A stretch of DNA of 64,000 nt from Proteobacteria bacterium CAG:495 (GCA_000432275.1 HF995302.1:8589-72588); one strand, 5' to 3'. Positions 36,432 to 46,082 are shown, numbered from the stretch's first letter. Translations and numbers: made by a program. The notes: generated by a model from the sequence alone, not told the origin.

Positions 36432-37073
36432 TTAGCCCAAAAGGGTTAAAATTATCCCGACAAACAAAGGAATCGACAAATTGTCGTCCAGATCTATTTT
36501 GTCTTCATAAAGCTCGGCCAAAGTTGCCGCCATACAGGCAATAACCCCCGCATAAGTGAACTGAAACAGCGGTTCGAAAAGCATATTGATGAGGAGGGCG
36601 CTCATAAAAAATGCGACGGTACCTTCAAGCGATTTGTGTTTATAAAGCATACGCGTGCCAAAGGCTTTTCCCACCAGAGCGGCCATTGTGTCGGACACCA
36701 GCATAACGGTGAGGGATATAATCGCAATCGGTTTGCTGAAGAAGAGGGTGCAGACAATCGCAGCCAGCAGAACATATAAGGAACCGCTGACCTGAAAAAA
36801 CTTGCGGCGGCATTCCTTGTCGCGCAGCGTCTTAAAAAACAGCTTCCCGAATGTTTGTCTTGCCCAGGGATATTTTTTATAGTTGCCGTATTCAAGCAGG
36901 GCGTCGCCGCAAAACAGCAGCGAGAACAGAAAAATTGAAAAAGCCGGCTGAGTAAAGTAAATAAGCGCCGGAATCCATAGTGAACTCAAATGGATGGCCT
37001 TGCGATAAACCTCTTTTTTTAAAGACTTGTCAATATTGGCATTTTCTTCGATTTTATCAATAAGGTTACGCAT
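36432..37073 (-). CDS. polyprenol/diacylglycerol kinase-like membrane protein (SEC59/DGK1/VTE5, CTP-transferase-1 superfamily)
   Basis: Preferred ATG at 37073 (MRNLIDK..). EVYRKAIHLSSLWIPALIYF and the multi-pass layout fit the family. The track N-terminal extension runs through the alaS terminator. Confidence 0.5.
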   Translation of the reverse strand: MRNLIDKIEENANIDKSLKKEVYRKAIHLSSLWIPALIYFTQPAFSIFLFSLLFCGDALLEYGNYKKYPWARQTFGKLFFKTLRDKECRRKFFQVSGSLYVLLAAIVCTLFFSKPIAIISLTVMLVSDTMAALVGKAFGTRMLYKHKSLEGTVAFFMSALLINMLFEPLFQFTYAGVIACMAATLAELYEDKIDLDDNLSIPLFVGIILTLLG

Positions 37074-37195
37074 CGGGTTTATCCTTTTTGTTATCGCGTT
37101 TATTTCTCTTCTCAGATATACACCGCTCAGCAGTTGTAAAGCAATAAAAATCGCACGGCAAAGAAAATATATTCTTTTTTTATATATTGCCAAAT

Positions 37196-37221
37196 AAAAA
37201 ACCCCCGATAAGTCGGGGGTT
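37196..37221 (-). terminator. intrinsic terminator downstream of alaS
   Basis: Minus strand: ACCCCCGA-CTTA-TCGGGGGT followed by TTTTTTATTT. Confidence 0.65.
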
Positions 37222-37322
37222 GAATACATCAGTCTTTTCTTAGATGCCTTTTTTCATCGGCAAACGAGCTCAAAACGCGAGCATTGTCGCTGATTTAGCG
37301 CAACCGTTTGCCGCGGAAACAT

Positions 37323-39947
37323 CTATATCGCTTTTCTTAAGGCATCAATCGCTTCTTGCAGCCGGGTAGCATCCGGGCCGCCGGTTTGAGCCATATCCGG
37401 TCGTCCGCCGCCGCCCTGCGCACCCACAAACGGAGCTATAACTTTAATCAGGCTGTTGGCAGGATATTTTGCCGCCAGATTGTCACTGACGCCGATAACC
37501 ACGGAAGCTTTTCCTTCATTGCTAGCCAAAAGGGCGACAATCGTATCTTCGGGATACTGCGCTTTTATTTCGTCAACAAAAGCCTTCAGCTCTTTGGCCG
37601 GGATGTTTTCTAAAATTTTAGCGACAAATTTAACGCCGTTAACCGCTTCAAAATTATCGGGATTGTCTGCGGCTTTATTGCTGACGAGCTTTTTCTTGAG
37701 TTCAAAAACCTGAGCTTCCAGCTTTTTCTTTTCTTCAAGTAATTGATTAACGCGAGCTTCTATATCGTTGAAACTTGATTTCAAACAAGCGCCGACACGA
37801 TGCAGTTTGTCTTCAATGTCTTGAACAAATCTCTCGGCGTGTGTTCCGGTAACGCATTCCAAACGGCGCACGCCTGCCGCAACCGCGCTTTCGCTGACGA
37901 TGTTGAAATAGCCGATATCTCCGGTTTCTTTGACATGGGTACCGCCGCATAATTCGGTTGATACGCCGTCGCCTACGCAAACGACGCGGACTTCGTCGCC
38001 GTATTTTTCGCCGAACAACGCCATTGCACCGGAATTGATGGCCTTGTCGTGACTCATTAATTTGGTGTTTACCTTAAGGTTTTGACGAATCAGGCCGTTA
38101 ACCGTATCTTCCAGGTCGCGTAATTCGTTCTCGCTGATTTGCTTGGGATAGGCGATGTCAAAACGCATTCTTTCGGCGGCAACCATTGAACCTTTTTGTG
38201 TTACGCTGGCGCCGAATTTTTCTTGCAAAGCATGGTGGAGCAGGTGGGTAACCGTATGATTGGCTTCAATTGCTTTGCGGTTTGATTCGCAGACTTCCAT
38301 CAGAACAATGTCTCCGTTCTTGATGCGTCCTTTAACGATTTTGGCAATGTGAACATAAAGTCCGTCAAGTTTCTTTTTGGTGTCGGTAACCTCAATTTCC
38401 AAATCTTTACCCGTAATTTTGCCTTTGTCGCCGACTTGTCCGCCCATTTCGCCGTAGAACGGGGTCTGATTGGTCAACAGGAAAAATTCTCCGTTGCTGA
38501 CTTCCGACACTTCTTTGCCGTCTTGCACCAGAGCGGTCACCTGAGCTTCGGTTTTTAAGGTATTGTAGCCCAAAAACTCGGTTGCCGGCAGCTTTTCGTT
38601 CAGTTCAAACCAGATTTTTTCGGTTCCGGCGTCTCCTGAACCGGCCCAGTTTTTACGGGCTTCGGCTTTTTGACGTTCCATTGCCTTGTCAAAACCGTCG
38701 GTGTCGACTTTGATGTCTTTCAGGCGCAGGGCGTCCTGAGTCAAATCCAGCGGAAAACCGTAAGTGTCATAAAGCTTGAATGCAGTCTCGCCGTTAAAAG
38801 TGTCTCCGGCTTTTAAGTGACCGGCTTCGTCGTCCAACAGGCGCAGACCTTTGTCCAGCGTTTTCAGAAAACGCTCTTCTTCGCTGCGGATTGTTTCGGT
38901 GATGAGGGTCTCGGCCGAATAAAGTTCAGGATAGGCTTCTCCCATTTCTTTTTGCAGAGCCGGCAACAGTTTGTACATCATCGGCTCTTTTACGCCCAGC
39001 ATATAAGCGTGACGCATGGCTCTGCGCATAATCCGGCGTAAAACGTAACCGCGGCCTTCATTGGAGGGCAATACGCCGTCGGCAATCAGAAAAGACGTTG
39101 AGCGCAAATGGTCTGCAATAACGTTATGAGAGGCTTTCAGCGGACCGTTGGGGTCAGAGTTGGCCATATCCGCAATCGCTTTAATCAGATTTCTGAAAAT
39201 ATCAATGTCGTAGTTGGAGTGAACCCCTTGCAAAATTGCGGCAATTCGTTCCAGTCCCATACCCGTGTCGATAGAGGGGCGCTTTAACGGGATGCGGCTG
39301 CCGTCGGGCAAGTCTTCATATTGGTCAAACACCAGATTCCATATCTCAATCCAACGGTCGCCGTCTTCTTCAGGCGTGCCCGGCAGACCGCCCCAAACTT
39401 CGGGGCCGTGGTCATAAAAGATTTCCGAGCAGGGACCGCAAGGGCCGGTGTCGCCCATCTGCCAAAAATTGTCTTTGGTTGCAATGGGAATAATCCTGTC
39501 TTCCGGCAAACCGGAAACTTTTTTCCAAATTTCGCGCGCTTCTTCGTCGGTGTGATAATAGGTTACGGCCAGCTTGTCTTTGGGAATGCCGAATTCTTTG
39601 TTGACGACTTCCCAGGCAAAACGGATGGCGTCGTCTTTAAAATAATCGCCGAAAGAAAAGTTGCCGAGCATTTCAAAAAAGGTATGGTGACGCACGGTAT
39701 AGCCGACGTTGTCGAGGTCATTGTGCTTGCCGCCGGCGCGAACGGATTTTTGGGAAGTTGTCGCTCGCGTGTAATCGCGGGTTTCGTTGCCGGCCAGAAT
39801 GTTTTTAAATTGCACCATTCCCGAGTTGGTGAACATCAGCGTCGGATCGTTGTCGGGAACCAAAGAGGAGGACGGAACAACCTTGTGGCCGTTTTTGGCA
39901 AAATAGTTTAAAAAAGTGCTTCTGATTTCTTTAACAGTAGTTGTCAT
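37323..39947 (-). CDS. alaS: alanine--tRNA ligase
   Basis: 874 aa; FLNYFAKNGHKVVPSSSLVP.., FTNSGMVQFK, HHTFFEMLGNFSFGDYFK, editing-domain HTVTHLLH. Confidence 0.95.
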   Translation of the reverse strand: MTTTVKEIRSTFLNYFAKNGHKVVPSSSLVPDNDPTLMFTNSGMVQFKNILAGNETRDYTRATTSQKSVRAGGKHNDLDNVGYTVRHHTFFEMLGNFSFGDYFKDDAIRFAWEVVNKEFGIPKDKLAVTYYHTDEEAREIWKKVSGLPEDRIIPIATKDNFWQMGDTGPCGPCSEIFYDHGPEVWGGLPGTPEEDGDRWIEIWNLVFDQYEDLPDGSRIPLKRPSIDTGMGLERIAAILQGVHSNYDIDIFRNLIKAIADMANSDPNGPLKASHNVIADHLRSTSFLIADGVLPSNEGRGYVLRRIMRRAMRHAYMLGVKEPMMYKLLPALQKEMGEAYPELYSAETLITETIRSEEERFLKTLDKGLRLLDDEAGHLKAGDTFNGETAFKLYDTYGFPLDLTQDALRLKDIKVDTDGFDKAMERQKAEARKNWAGSGDAGTEKIWFELNEKLPATEFLGYNTLKTEAQVTALVQDGKEVSEVSNGEFFLLTNQTPFYGEMGGQVGDKGKITGKDLEIEVTDTKKKLDGLYVHIAKIVKGRIKNGDIVLMEVCESNRKAIEANHTVTHLLHHALQEKFGASVTQKGSMVAAERMRFDIAYPKQISENELRDLEDTVNGLIRQNLKVNTKLMSHDKAINSGAMALFGEKYGDEVRVVCVGDGVSTELCGGTHVKETGDIGYFNIVSESAVAAGVRRLECVTGTHAERFVQDIEDKLHRVGACLKSSFNDIEARVNQLLEEKKKLEAQVFELKKKLVSNKAADNPDNFEAVNGVKFVAKILENIPAKELKAFVDEIKAQYPEDTIVALLASNEGKASVVIGVSDNLAAKYPANSLIKVIAPFVGAQGGGGRPDMAQTGGPDATRLQEAIDALRKAI

Positions 39948-40024
39948 TTATTTACTTCCCAAAAAATAAATTGTTAACCCCACATTAATAATGCAAAGTT
40001 GTTCTACTGTCTAGTAAAATTTTT

Positions 40025-40510
40025 CTAAAAAATAACAACCATTCCGTTGATGTAGGTAAAGCTGAAGTTTAAGAAACTGGCGTATATCAGCCACCAGAAA
40101 TACGGATACATCATATAGGCGGCAGCCTTGTCCGCAGCCTTAAAGTTCAGTATCATTTTGTAAACAATCAAATCCAGAAGGATAATCACCGCAAAAGCCA
40201 GCCCGATATACCCCTGCGTAAAGAAAAAATAGGTCCAGACGACCTGCAACAGCAACTGCCCCAAAAACAGCTGGTTGGCTCTGCGCTGCCTTTCGGCGTC
40301 GGCCTTTGTCAAAACTCTATAAAAGGCGATTATCATCAAAAGGTATAAAATTGTCCATACAATCGGAAAAACGGCATCCGGGGGTGTAATCGTCGGCTTG
40401 TCCAGGGCTGCATACCAGTTGTAAATGCCAAAACGGGTAAAATAAGATGCCGCGGCGCCGGCAATGACGGTTATAACCGCGCTGTATACAAATTTCATCA
40501 GCTTGTTCAT
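40025..40510 (-). CDS. tspO: TspO/MBR family tryptophan-rich sensory protein
   Basis: 161 aa with 5 TM segments; WYAALDKPTITPP..FPIVWTILYLLM. Confidence 0.8.
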   Translation of the reverse strand: MNKLMKFVYSAVITVIAGAAASYFTRFGIYNWYAALDKPTITPPDAVFPIVWTILYLLMIIAFYRVLTKADAERQRRANQLFLGQLLLQVVWTYFFFTQGYIGLAFAVIILLDLIVYKMILNFKAADKAAAYMMYPYFWWLIYASFLNFSFTYINGMVVIF

Positions 40511-40588
40511 ATCCTCCTCCTTGCATATTTTATTATTTGTTTGTAATATTTAAGCATCGTTTGTTTAATTTAAATGAGGTAACCGCAG

Positions 40589-41287
40589 GTGGAAATCAGT
40601 CCGGAACTCATAAAAGGGCAGGTTATGAACTGCTACAACAGCCTGATACTGGACGTCAGGCTGGCCGACAATTCGTTGGTTCCGGTTTTTTGCGGTTCTT
40701 CGGAGGCGGCCAAACTCTGCTCCGCCGGCGTGGACGCCATAATCAAACGCCATCGCGACAGCCTGCGCAAAATCCGCTACGAGCTTGAGTTCATCAGCCG
40801 CAGCGAGGGGCTGATTCTCGTTAACCCGACCTATAACGGCTTTCTTTTTCAGGAAGCCTTTGACAACGGCGTGTTGTCGGCTGATTTTGACGCATATAAC
40901 GTCTGCCGCCGGATAGAGCCTGACGAACATCTGCCGTACATTGATTTTGAATTGTCTTCGCCGTCCGGAAACAAATGCTATGTCTTTATTGAAAACGTGT
41001 TTAACAAGCAAAACGGCTGCTCCGTTTTTCCTGCCGGAATAAATTTCTTTGAGATGGCAATGTTTGAGGAATTAGCCAAACTCCGCCGGCAGGGACACAA
41101 AACCGTCATTTTTATGCTGGTGCCCCGGCAGGATTGCGTCGAAGCCAAGTTCAGCTGGAATCTGGACCCGGTCGCGGCAGCCCGGATTTATGACGAAGCA
41201 AAAAATGGATTGGAATTTGTTTGTTATGGTTGCAATATTGATAAAAAAAGTGTAACACTGGCTAATAAAATGAAAATATTATATTAA
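40589..41287 (+). CDS. sfsA: SfsA-like DNA/RNA nuclease (sugar fermentation stimulation protein homologue)
   Basis: 232 aa with a GTG start. The length and the C-terminal nuclease-like half (..IDFELS...YVFIENV...) are consistent with SfsA, but this is a weaker call. Confidence 0.5.
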   Translation: MEISPELIKGQVMNCYNSLILDVRLADNSLVPVFCGSSEAAKLCSAGVDAIIKRHRDSLRKIRYELEFISRSEGLILVNPTYNGFLFQEAFDNGVLSADFDAYNVCRRIEPDEHLPYIDFELSSPSGNKCYVFIENVFNKQNGCSVFPAGINFFEMAMFEELAKLRRQGHKTVIFMLVPRQDCVEAKFSWNLDPVAAARIYDEAKNGLEFVCYGCNIDKKSVTLANKMKILY

Positions 41288-41303
41288 CAAACCGAGGTAT
41301 GCA

Positions 41304-42110
41304 GTGAGTTACAAGAGAAAAGACGGCATCGTCATTCACGACGATCCCGAAGATTTTGAAAAGATGCGCAAGGCCGGCCGGATTGCCGCCGAATGTCTGG
41401 ATTACATAACCCCTTATGTTCAGGTTGGCGTGTCCACCGGAGAATTGGACGATCTTTGCCGGGAATTTTTCACGTCTCGCGGCGTTATTCCCGCTTGCCT
41501 CGGCTATCGCGGCTATCCCAAGTCGGTCTGCATCTCCATCAACCATGTCATTTGCCACGGCATTCCCGATTATGAGCGCAAACTGGTCGACGGCGATATG
41601 CTCAACATTGACGTTACCGGTATTTTGGACGGATGGTACGGCGATACCAGCCGTATGTATTTTGCCGGCAAACCGAGTATCAAGGCCAAACGTCTGGTCG
41701 AAGTGACTTATGAATGTATGATGCGCGGCATTGACGTTGTTAAACCCGGAGCCCGTATGGGCGACATCGGCGCCGTTATTGCCGAATATGCCCACAAATA
41801 CGGCTATTCGGTTGTCGATATGTTTTGCGGCCATGGGCTGGGGCAGGTTTTTCATGATGAACCGAATGTGATGCACATTGCCCGCAAAGGAACCGGTCCG
41901 CTGATGGAAGAAGGAATGTTTTTCACGATTGAGCCGATGATTAACATCGGCAAACCTGACGCCATTATATTAAAAGACGGTTGGACTTCGGTCACCAGGG
42001 ACAAGTCCTTGTCTGCCCAGTTTGAACATTCTTTGGCCGTAACCAAAGATGGTTATGAGGTTTTCACCTATTCTCCCAAGGGGCTGGACAAGCCGCCTTA
42101 CAAGCTTTAA
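41304..42110 (+). CDS. map: type I methionine aminopeptidase
   Basis: 268 aa; metal ligands fall in ..DGDMLNIDVT.., ..GHGLG..FHDEP.., ..FTIEPM.., ..AQFEHS. Confidence 0.9.
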   Translation: MSYKRKDGIVIHDDPEDFEKMRKAGRIAAECLDYITPYVQVGVSTGELDDLCREFFTSRGVIPACLGYRGYPKSVCISINHVICHGIPDYERKLVDGDMLNIDVTGILDGWYGDTSRMYFAGKPSIKAKRLVEVTYECMMRGIDVVKPGARMGDIGAVIAEYAHKYGYSVVDMFCGHGLGQVFHDEPNVMHIARKGTGPLMEEGMFFTIEPMINIGKPDAIILKDGWTSVTRDKSLSAQFEHSLAVTKDGYEVFTYSPKGLDKPPYKL

Positions 42111-42123
42111 GGCTCAAAGGACT

Positions 42124-42825
42124 ATGGAACGGGACGTCAAACAACCGGATTATCTGGGACACCGCCAGCGTCTTCGTCAGCGTTTTTTGCTGGGCGAGGG
42201 GAAAGATATGGCGGATTACGAGTTGTTGGAGCTGGTTCTGACGATGGCCATTCCCCGGCGGGACGTCAAGCCTCTGGCCAAAAAGCTGATTGCCGAATTT
42301 AACGACTTTTCCGGCGTTATCAATGCGCCGGCTGCGGCTTTGCTGGAAGTTGACGGCGTAAAGGAAAATACGCTGGCAATGCTTAAGGTGATTAAAGCCG
42401 CCGCCATCCGTACTTCCTGGCAGACGCTGTGCGCGGCCGAAGCGCCGGTCATCCGCTCTCCCGATACGTTGCTCGAATACTGCCGTACCGCCATGTGCCA
42501 TTCTGATGTCGAGGAGCTGCGCATAATTTTTATGGATGCCAAATTGCAGGTCATCGGAGAAGAAACAATGCAACGCGGCACCATCAACGCGGTTGCCGTC
42601 CATCCTCGCGAAGTCGTAAAGTCTGCACTGGCGCATCACGCTTCGTCAATCATTATGGTGCACAACCATCCTTCGGGCAATACCACGCCTTCGCGCGCCG
42701 ATTTGGAGATGACCAAAAAGGTCGAAGAAGCCTGCGCCGCCGTCGGCGTCAAACTTCATGACCACTTTGTCGTCAGCCGCAGCAGCCACTACAGCTTTCG
42801 TGAACAGGGATTTATAAAGTTATAA
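42124..42825 (+). CDS. radC: RadC-family JAB-domain protein
   Basis: ATG at 42124; GHRQRLRQRFL.., ELLELVL.., C-terminal JAMM-like HNHPSGNTTPSRADLEMT. Confidence 0.85.
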   Translation: MERDVKQPDYLGHRQRLRQRFLLGEGKDMADYELLELVLTMAIPRRDVKPLAKKLIAEFNDFSGVINAPAAALLEVDGVKENTLAMLKVIKAAAIRTSWQTLCAAEAPVIRSPDTLLEYCRTAMCHSDVEELRIIFMDAKLQVIGEETMQRGTINAVAVHPREVVKSALAHHASSIIMVHNHPSGNTTPSRADLEMTKKVEEACAAVGVKLHDHFVVSRSSHYSFREQGFIKL

Positions 42826-43431
42826 TTCCGACAGTTGTTTGATGTGTTCAACCAGAAAGGTGATGTTGGTGGTAAACAGTTTGACTGAAATCGCCAGCAG
42901 AATGATACCGAAAAACTTTTGCAGCATATAGATAAATCCGGCTCCCAGCATCCTCTCGATGCGCTTGGTCAGCTTCAGCACCAGATATACGATTACCATA
43001 TTGCAGATAACGGCCAGCAGAATATTGATGTCGTTATACTGTGCACGAATGGAGAGCAGGGTGGTCAGCGCTCCGGCACCGGCAATCAGCGGAAAAACCA
43101 CCGGAACGAAAGTCGCGTCTTTGGGGGCGTCCGGGGTATCCTTAAAAATTTCGATGTCTAAAATCATTTCCAGAGCGACAATAAAGATAATGAAAGAGCC
43201 GGCAACCGCAAAAGAAGAGATATCGACGTTAAACAGGTTGAGAAAAGCCTCTCCCACAAAGAAGAATATGAAAAACATAATCAAAGCCAGCAGAGCAGCC
43301 TTGGCGGCATTTATTTTTTTGCCCCGTTTTTTTAAGGTTAAAATCACCGGAATGGAACCGGTAATGTCTATAACCGCAAACAAAACGACAAACGCGCTGA
43401 CAAATTCCTGCCACTGAAAACTTCCAAACAT
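42820..43431 (-). CDS. MarC family (UPF0056) membrane protein
   Basis: 203 aa with 6 TM segments; FAVIDITGSIPV and PLIAGAGALTT. Confidence 0.75.
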   Translation of the reverse strand: MFGSFQWQEFVSAFVVLFAVIDITGSIPVILTLKKRGKKINAAKAALLALIMFFIFFFVGEAFLNLFNVDISSFAVAGSFIIFIVALEMILDIEIFKDTPDAPKDATFVPVVFPLIAGAGALTTLLSIRAQYNDINILLAVICNMVIVYLVLKLTKRIERMLGAGFIYMLQKFFGIILLAISVKLFTTNITFLVEHIKQLSEL

Positions 43432-43517
43432 TTCTCAACTCACTTTTTTTTTAGATTAATTAATGGCTTATAGGTATCACTTTAAAATATTCCGTCAACT
43501 TAAATTTTTCATCAAAG

Positions 43518-43546
43518 TTGACAAAAATCCCCTCAAGTGGTATTAT
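43518..43546 (+). promoter_or_regulatory. near-consensus sigma70 promoter upstream of the acidic-protein gene
   Basis: TTGACA (43518-43523), a 17-nt spacer, TATTAT (43541-43546). It lies about 85 nt upstream of the ATG at 43634. Confidence 0.55.
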
Positions 43547-43633
43547 TTATAGCTGATAACTTATTATTTACACTCTTACTATGTGTGCATAGTTGTCATC
43601 TTAAACTGAGTACTAATCTAAAAATATATAATT

Positions 43634-45496
43634 ATGGACAGCGAAAACCTGAAGAATACTCTTGCAGAGTATCAACAAGAAGTTCGGCAGGAGTTTGCCG
43701 ACCATGAAAATTTTATGATGCGTTTATATTCGTTCCTATATTCTGCCAAGCCGGAATATATGACATTTAAGCGCGTGTGGCTCGAAGACATTGAGCATCA
43801 AAGCGAGTTCTGGTATAACCGCTTTAATCTTGAGCCTGACGAGGAAAACCTTGAGGAAGTTTCAGCCGAAGCCGAGAGTGCCTACACGGAATGGCGTGGC
43901 TGGTTTGCTCAATGGGAGTTGAATGTTCGCGGATTGTTTGAAGACTATCAGTGGAAGTTCAATTACGAAGAAGAGGAGGAAGAGCGTGAGCTTGAAATCC
44001 GTCAGGAGGAGGAAGAAGCGGAAAAACGCCGCCGGAAAGCCGATGCTGAATCAGAAGACGAGCCTGCGGATAGTTTCAGTTCTGTTTCTGATGAAGAGAG
44101 AGATGATTACCACCGGGAAGACGCGTCTGACAAGGACAAACGCTTCAGCTGGTGGGATGCCTTGGCTTCTGAGGAGGATGCTTCTTCGGATGTTGCTTTT
44201 GAGGATATCTGGAAACAGGATTTGTCTGTTGCCGAAACCCAAAGCGAAGAAGAACTCGAAGAACGTCCCGGAATATTTCCTGAAAACGTAGTTGACGGCG
44301 AAACCGAAGACGAACCATATGAACATCACCATCATGAACACCATGATGACGACAACGATGATGAGCATAAGGAAAGTCTCTTCAACTTTTGGGGCAGCCA
44401 TCAAGATGATGAGCCGGAACCGAAAGAGGAAGAACCGGAGCCGTCTAAAGATGCTTTTGCTGAAAATGTCCCCGGCGAGGAGGAACCTAAAGAGGAAGAA
44501 CCTCGCGAAAGCTTGTTCTTTGACGAGGACAAACCGGAGGAAACTCAGCCTGAGGAACCGCAGCAGGAAGAAGAACATCGTGAAGAAGAACGTCACGAGG
44601 ATTCTGTTGAGGAACCAAAAGAGGAAGAACCCCGCGAAAGTTTGTTCTTTGACGAGGACAAACCCGAGGAAGTTCAGCCCGAGGAACCGCAGCAGGAAGA
44701 AGAACATCGTGAAGAAGAACGTCACGAAGATTCTGTTGAGGAACCGAAAGAGGAAGAACCAGCGGAAGAGCATCTTGCCGAAAATGAGGAACGTCCTGAA
44801 GAACCTGCGGAAGAAGACACCCATACGGAAGAACATCATGAAGAGCCTGTTGAAGAACCGGAACCTCATGATGACGAAACCTTAAATATGGATGGCTCCG
44901 GTTCAGAACCTCACGACGACAGTGATGAACTGGAGGCACAGGAGCGCGAAAGAGCTGAATTGGAGGCTGCTGAAAGAGAAAGAGCCGAAATCGAAGCCCA
45001 GGAACGCGAGCGTGCAGAACAGGAAGCTATGGAACGTGCCGAGCAGGAAGCCCAGGAAAGAGCCGAACAGGAAGCCGCTTCTCAAAATGAAGACCGTCAT
45101 TATGACGATCCTCGTGATGATGATCGCGAACAAGATGAACGCGAGCGTCTGGAAGCCATGGAGCGTGAAGCCGAAGAAGAGCGCGAACGCCAAGAGGCAA
45201 TGGAGCGCGAAGCAGAGGAAGAACGTTTACGTATGGAAGAGGAAGAACGTCAACGGGCAGAAGAAGAGGAGCGTGAGCGTCAGGAACTCGAGGAACGCGA
45301 ACGTATGGAGGAAGAAGAACGCCAAAGGTTGGAAGAGGAAGAGCGTGAGCGCGAAGCCGAAGAACAACTGCGTTTGGAAGACGAAGAACGGATGCGTTAC
45401 GAAGACGAAGAGCGTGAACGTGAGGCAGAAGAACTGCGCCAGCAGGAGGAACTCCGAGAGCAGGAAGAGTATGACGAATATGCCAACGAATACTAA
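43634..45496 (+). CDS. hyper-acidic Glu-rich repeat protein (620 aa), function unknown
   Basis: A non-repetitive Trp/Tyr-containing N-terminal ~110 aa is followed by D/E/H-rich tracts (HHHHEHHDDDNDDEH). Then come 43-aa tandem repeats and a long (E/R/A/M)-rich ERE-type C-terminal region. No signal peptide. Confidence 0.7.
   Translation: MDSENLKNTLAEYQQEVRQEFADHENFMMRLYSFLYSAKPEYMTFKRVWLEDIEHQSEFWYNRFNLEPDEENLEEVSAEAESAYTEWRGWFAQWELNVRGLFEDYQWKFNYEEEEEERELEIRQEEEEAEKRRRKADAESEDEPADSFSSVSDEERDDYHREDASDKDKRFSWWDALASEEDASSDVAFEDIWKQDLSVAETQSEEELEERPGIFPENVVDGETEDEPYEHHHHEHHDDDNDDEHKESLFNFWGSHQDDEPEPKEEEPEPSKDAFAENVPGEEEPKEEEPRESLFFDEDKPEETQPEEPQQEEEHREEERHEDSVEEPKEEEPRESLFFDEDKPEEVQPEEPQQEEEHREEERHEDSVEEPKEEEPAEEHLAENEERPEEPAEEDTHTEEHHEEPVEEPEPHDDETLNMDGSGSEPHDDSDELEAQERERAELEAAERERAEIEAQERERAEQEAMERAEQEAQERAEQEAASQNEDRHYDDPRDDDREQDERERLEAMEREAEEERERQEAMEREAEEERLRMEEEERQRAEEEERERQELEERERMEEEERQRLEEEEREREAEEQLRLEDEERMRYEDEEREREAEELRQQEELREQEEYDEYANEY
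44480..44760 (+). repeat. 129-bp in-frame tandem repeat, 2.2 copies
   Basis: GAGGAACC.AAAGAGGAAGAACC starts at 44480, 44609 and 44738. Copies 1 and 2 differ at 7 codons, 6 of them synonymously. Confidence 0.85.
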
Positions 45497-45500
45497 AGAT

Positions 45501-45537
45501 AAAGCCGACTGTGTCAAAACAGCCGGCTTTATTTTTT
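45501..45537 (+). terminator. intrinsic terminator after the acidic-protein gene
   Basis: AAAGCCG.CTGT-loop-ACAG.CGGCTTT followed by ATTTTTT. Confidence 0.7.
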
Positions 45538-45716
45538 CTAAACAAGAAAAAACTTGAAAAAATGTGAAATTGCTTTAATCTGACACTTGCAGCTCAGAGA
45601 TGGGCTGTGGTGTCTGAAAAACATCTGATTATTCATCCCTGTTATGGGGAGTGGTCGAACTAAGCCGATTTTATCGGACGAATAAGACTGACTGCATAAT
45701 CACAGTTTTTCAGCCC

Positions 45717-45756
45717 CCCGCCTTTTCTTTTTAAGAAACGGCGGTTTTTGTTTTTA
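45717..45756 (+). terminator. terminator-like hairpin immediately upstream of the XRE-type gene
   Basis: CCGCC.TTTC-loop-GAAA.GGCGG followed by TTTTTGTTTTT, ending about 20 nt before the AAGGAG SD of 45778. Confidence 0.5.
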
Positions 45757-45777
45757 ATCAACAAAAGGAGCTAAAAA

Positions 45778-46005
45778 ATGATAACGGAAAATATGGATTT
45801 AAAAGAAATCCGCAAAGCTTTGGGGCTGGAGTTGTTTCTCCGTCGCCGGCAAAAGGGAATGAGCCTGTTCCATATGGCTCACCACATCAAAATCGACCGT
45901 CGGGTGCTAGACCGGGCGGAAACCGGAAAACCGGTGCCGATTTATACCCTGATGCGGATAATCAGCCATTACGGCAAAAAAGTCCGCATTGAACTGGTGG
46001 AATAA
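45778..46005 (+). CDS. XRE-family helix-turn-helix protein (75 aa)
   Basis: LKEIRKALGLELFLRRRQKGMSLFHMAHHIKIDRRVLDRAETGK is an HTH_3-like pattern. Confidence 0.65.
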   Translation: MITENMDLKEIRKALGLELFLRRRQKGMSLFHMAHHIKIDRRVLDRAETGKPVPIYTLMRIISHYGKKVRIELVE

Positions 46006-46082
46006 AAACAAAAAGCCCTGTTTGAACGGAGGGCTTTTTCTTAAAAAAATAAAGCCCGCTATTGCAACGGACTTTATTAAAA

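Noticed and set aside
36432-37229. N-terminally extended ORF starts offered by the track. Cases: 37229 for the kinase-like gene, 28589 for the hydrolase, 42049 for radC, 48867 for the binding protein, 18109 for fabH, 33221 for folA.
   Set aside because: The extensions overlap upstream genes or run through terminators, often begin at TTG/GTG, and lack SD sequences. Internal ATGs with SD-like sequences give N-termini that match the families.
44051-44939. Repeat-rich ORFs in other frames or on the other strand of the acidic-protein gene, and the idea that the 129-bp repeats could be a CRISPR-like array
   Set aside because: The repeats are directly adjacent with no unique spacers and a period of 129 bp. 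They are in frame, and differences between copies are mostly synonymous. This is a coding tandem repeat.
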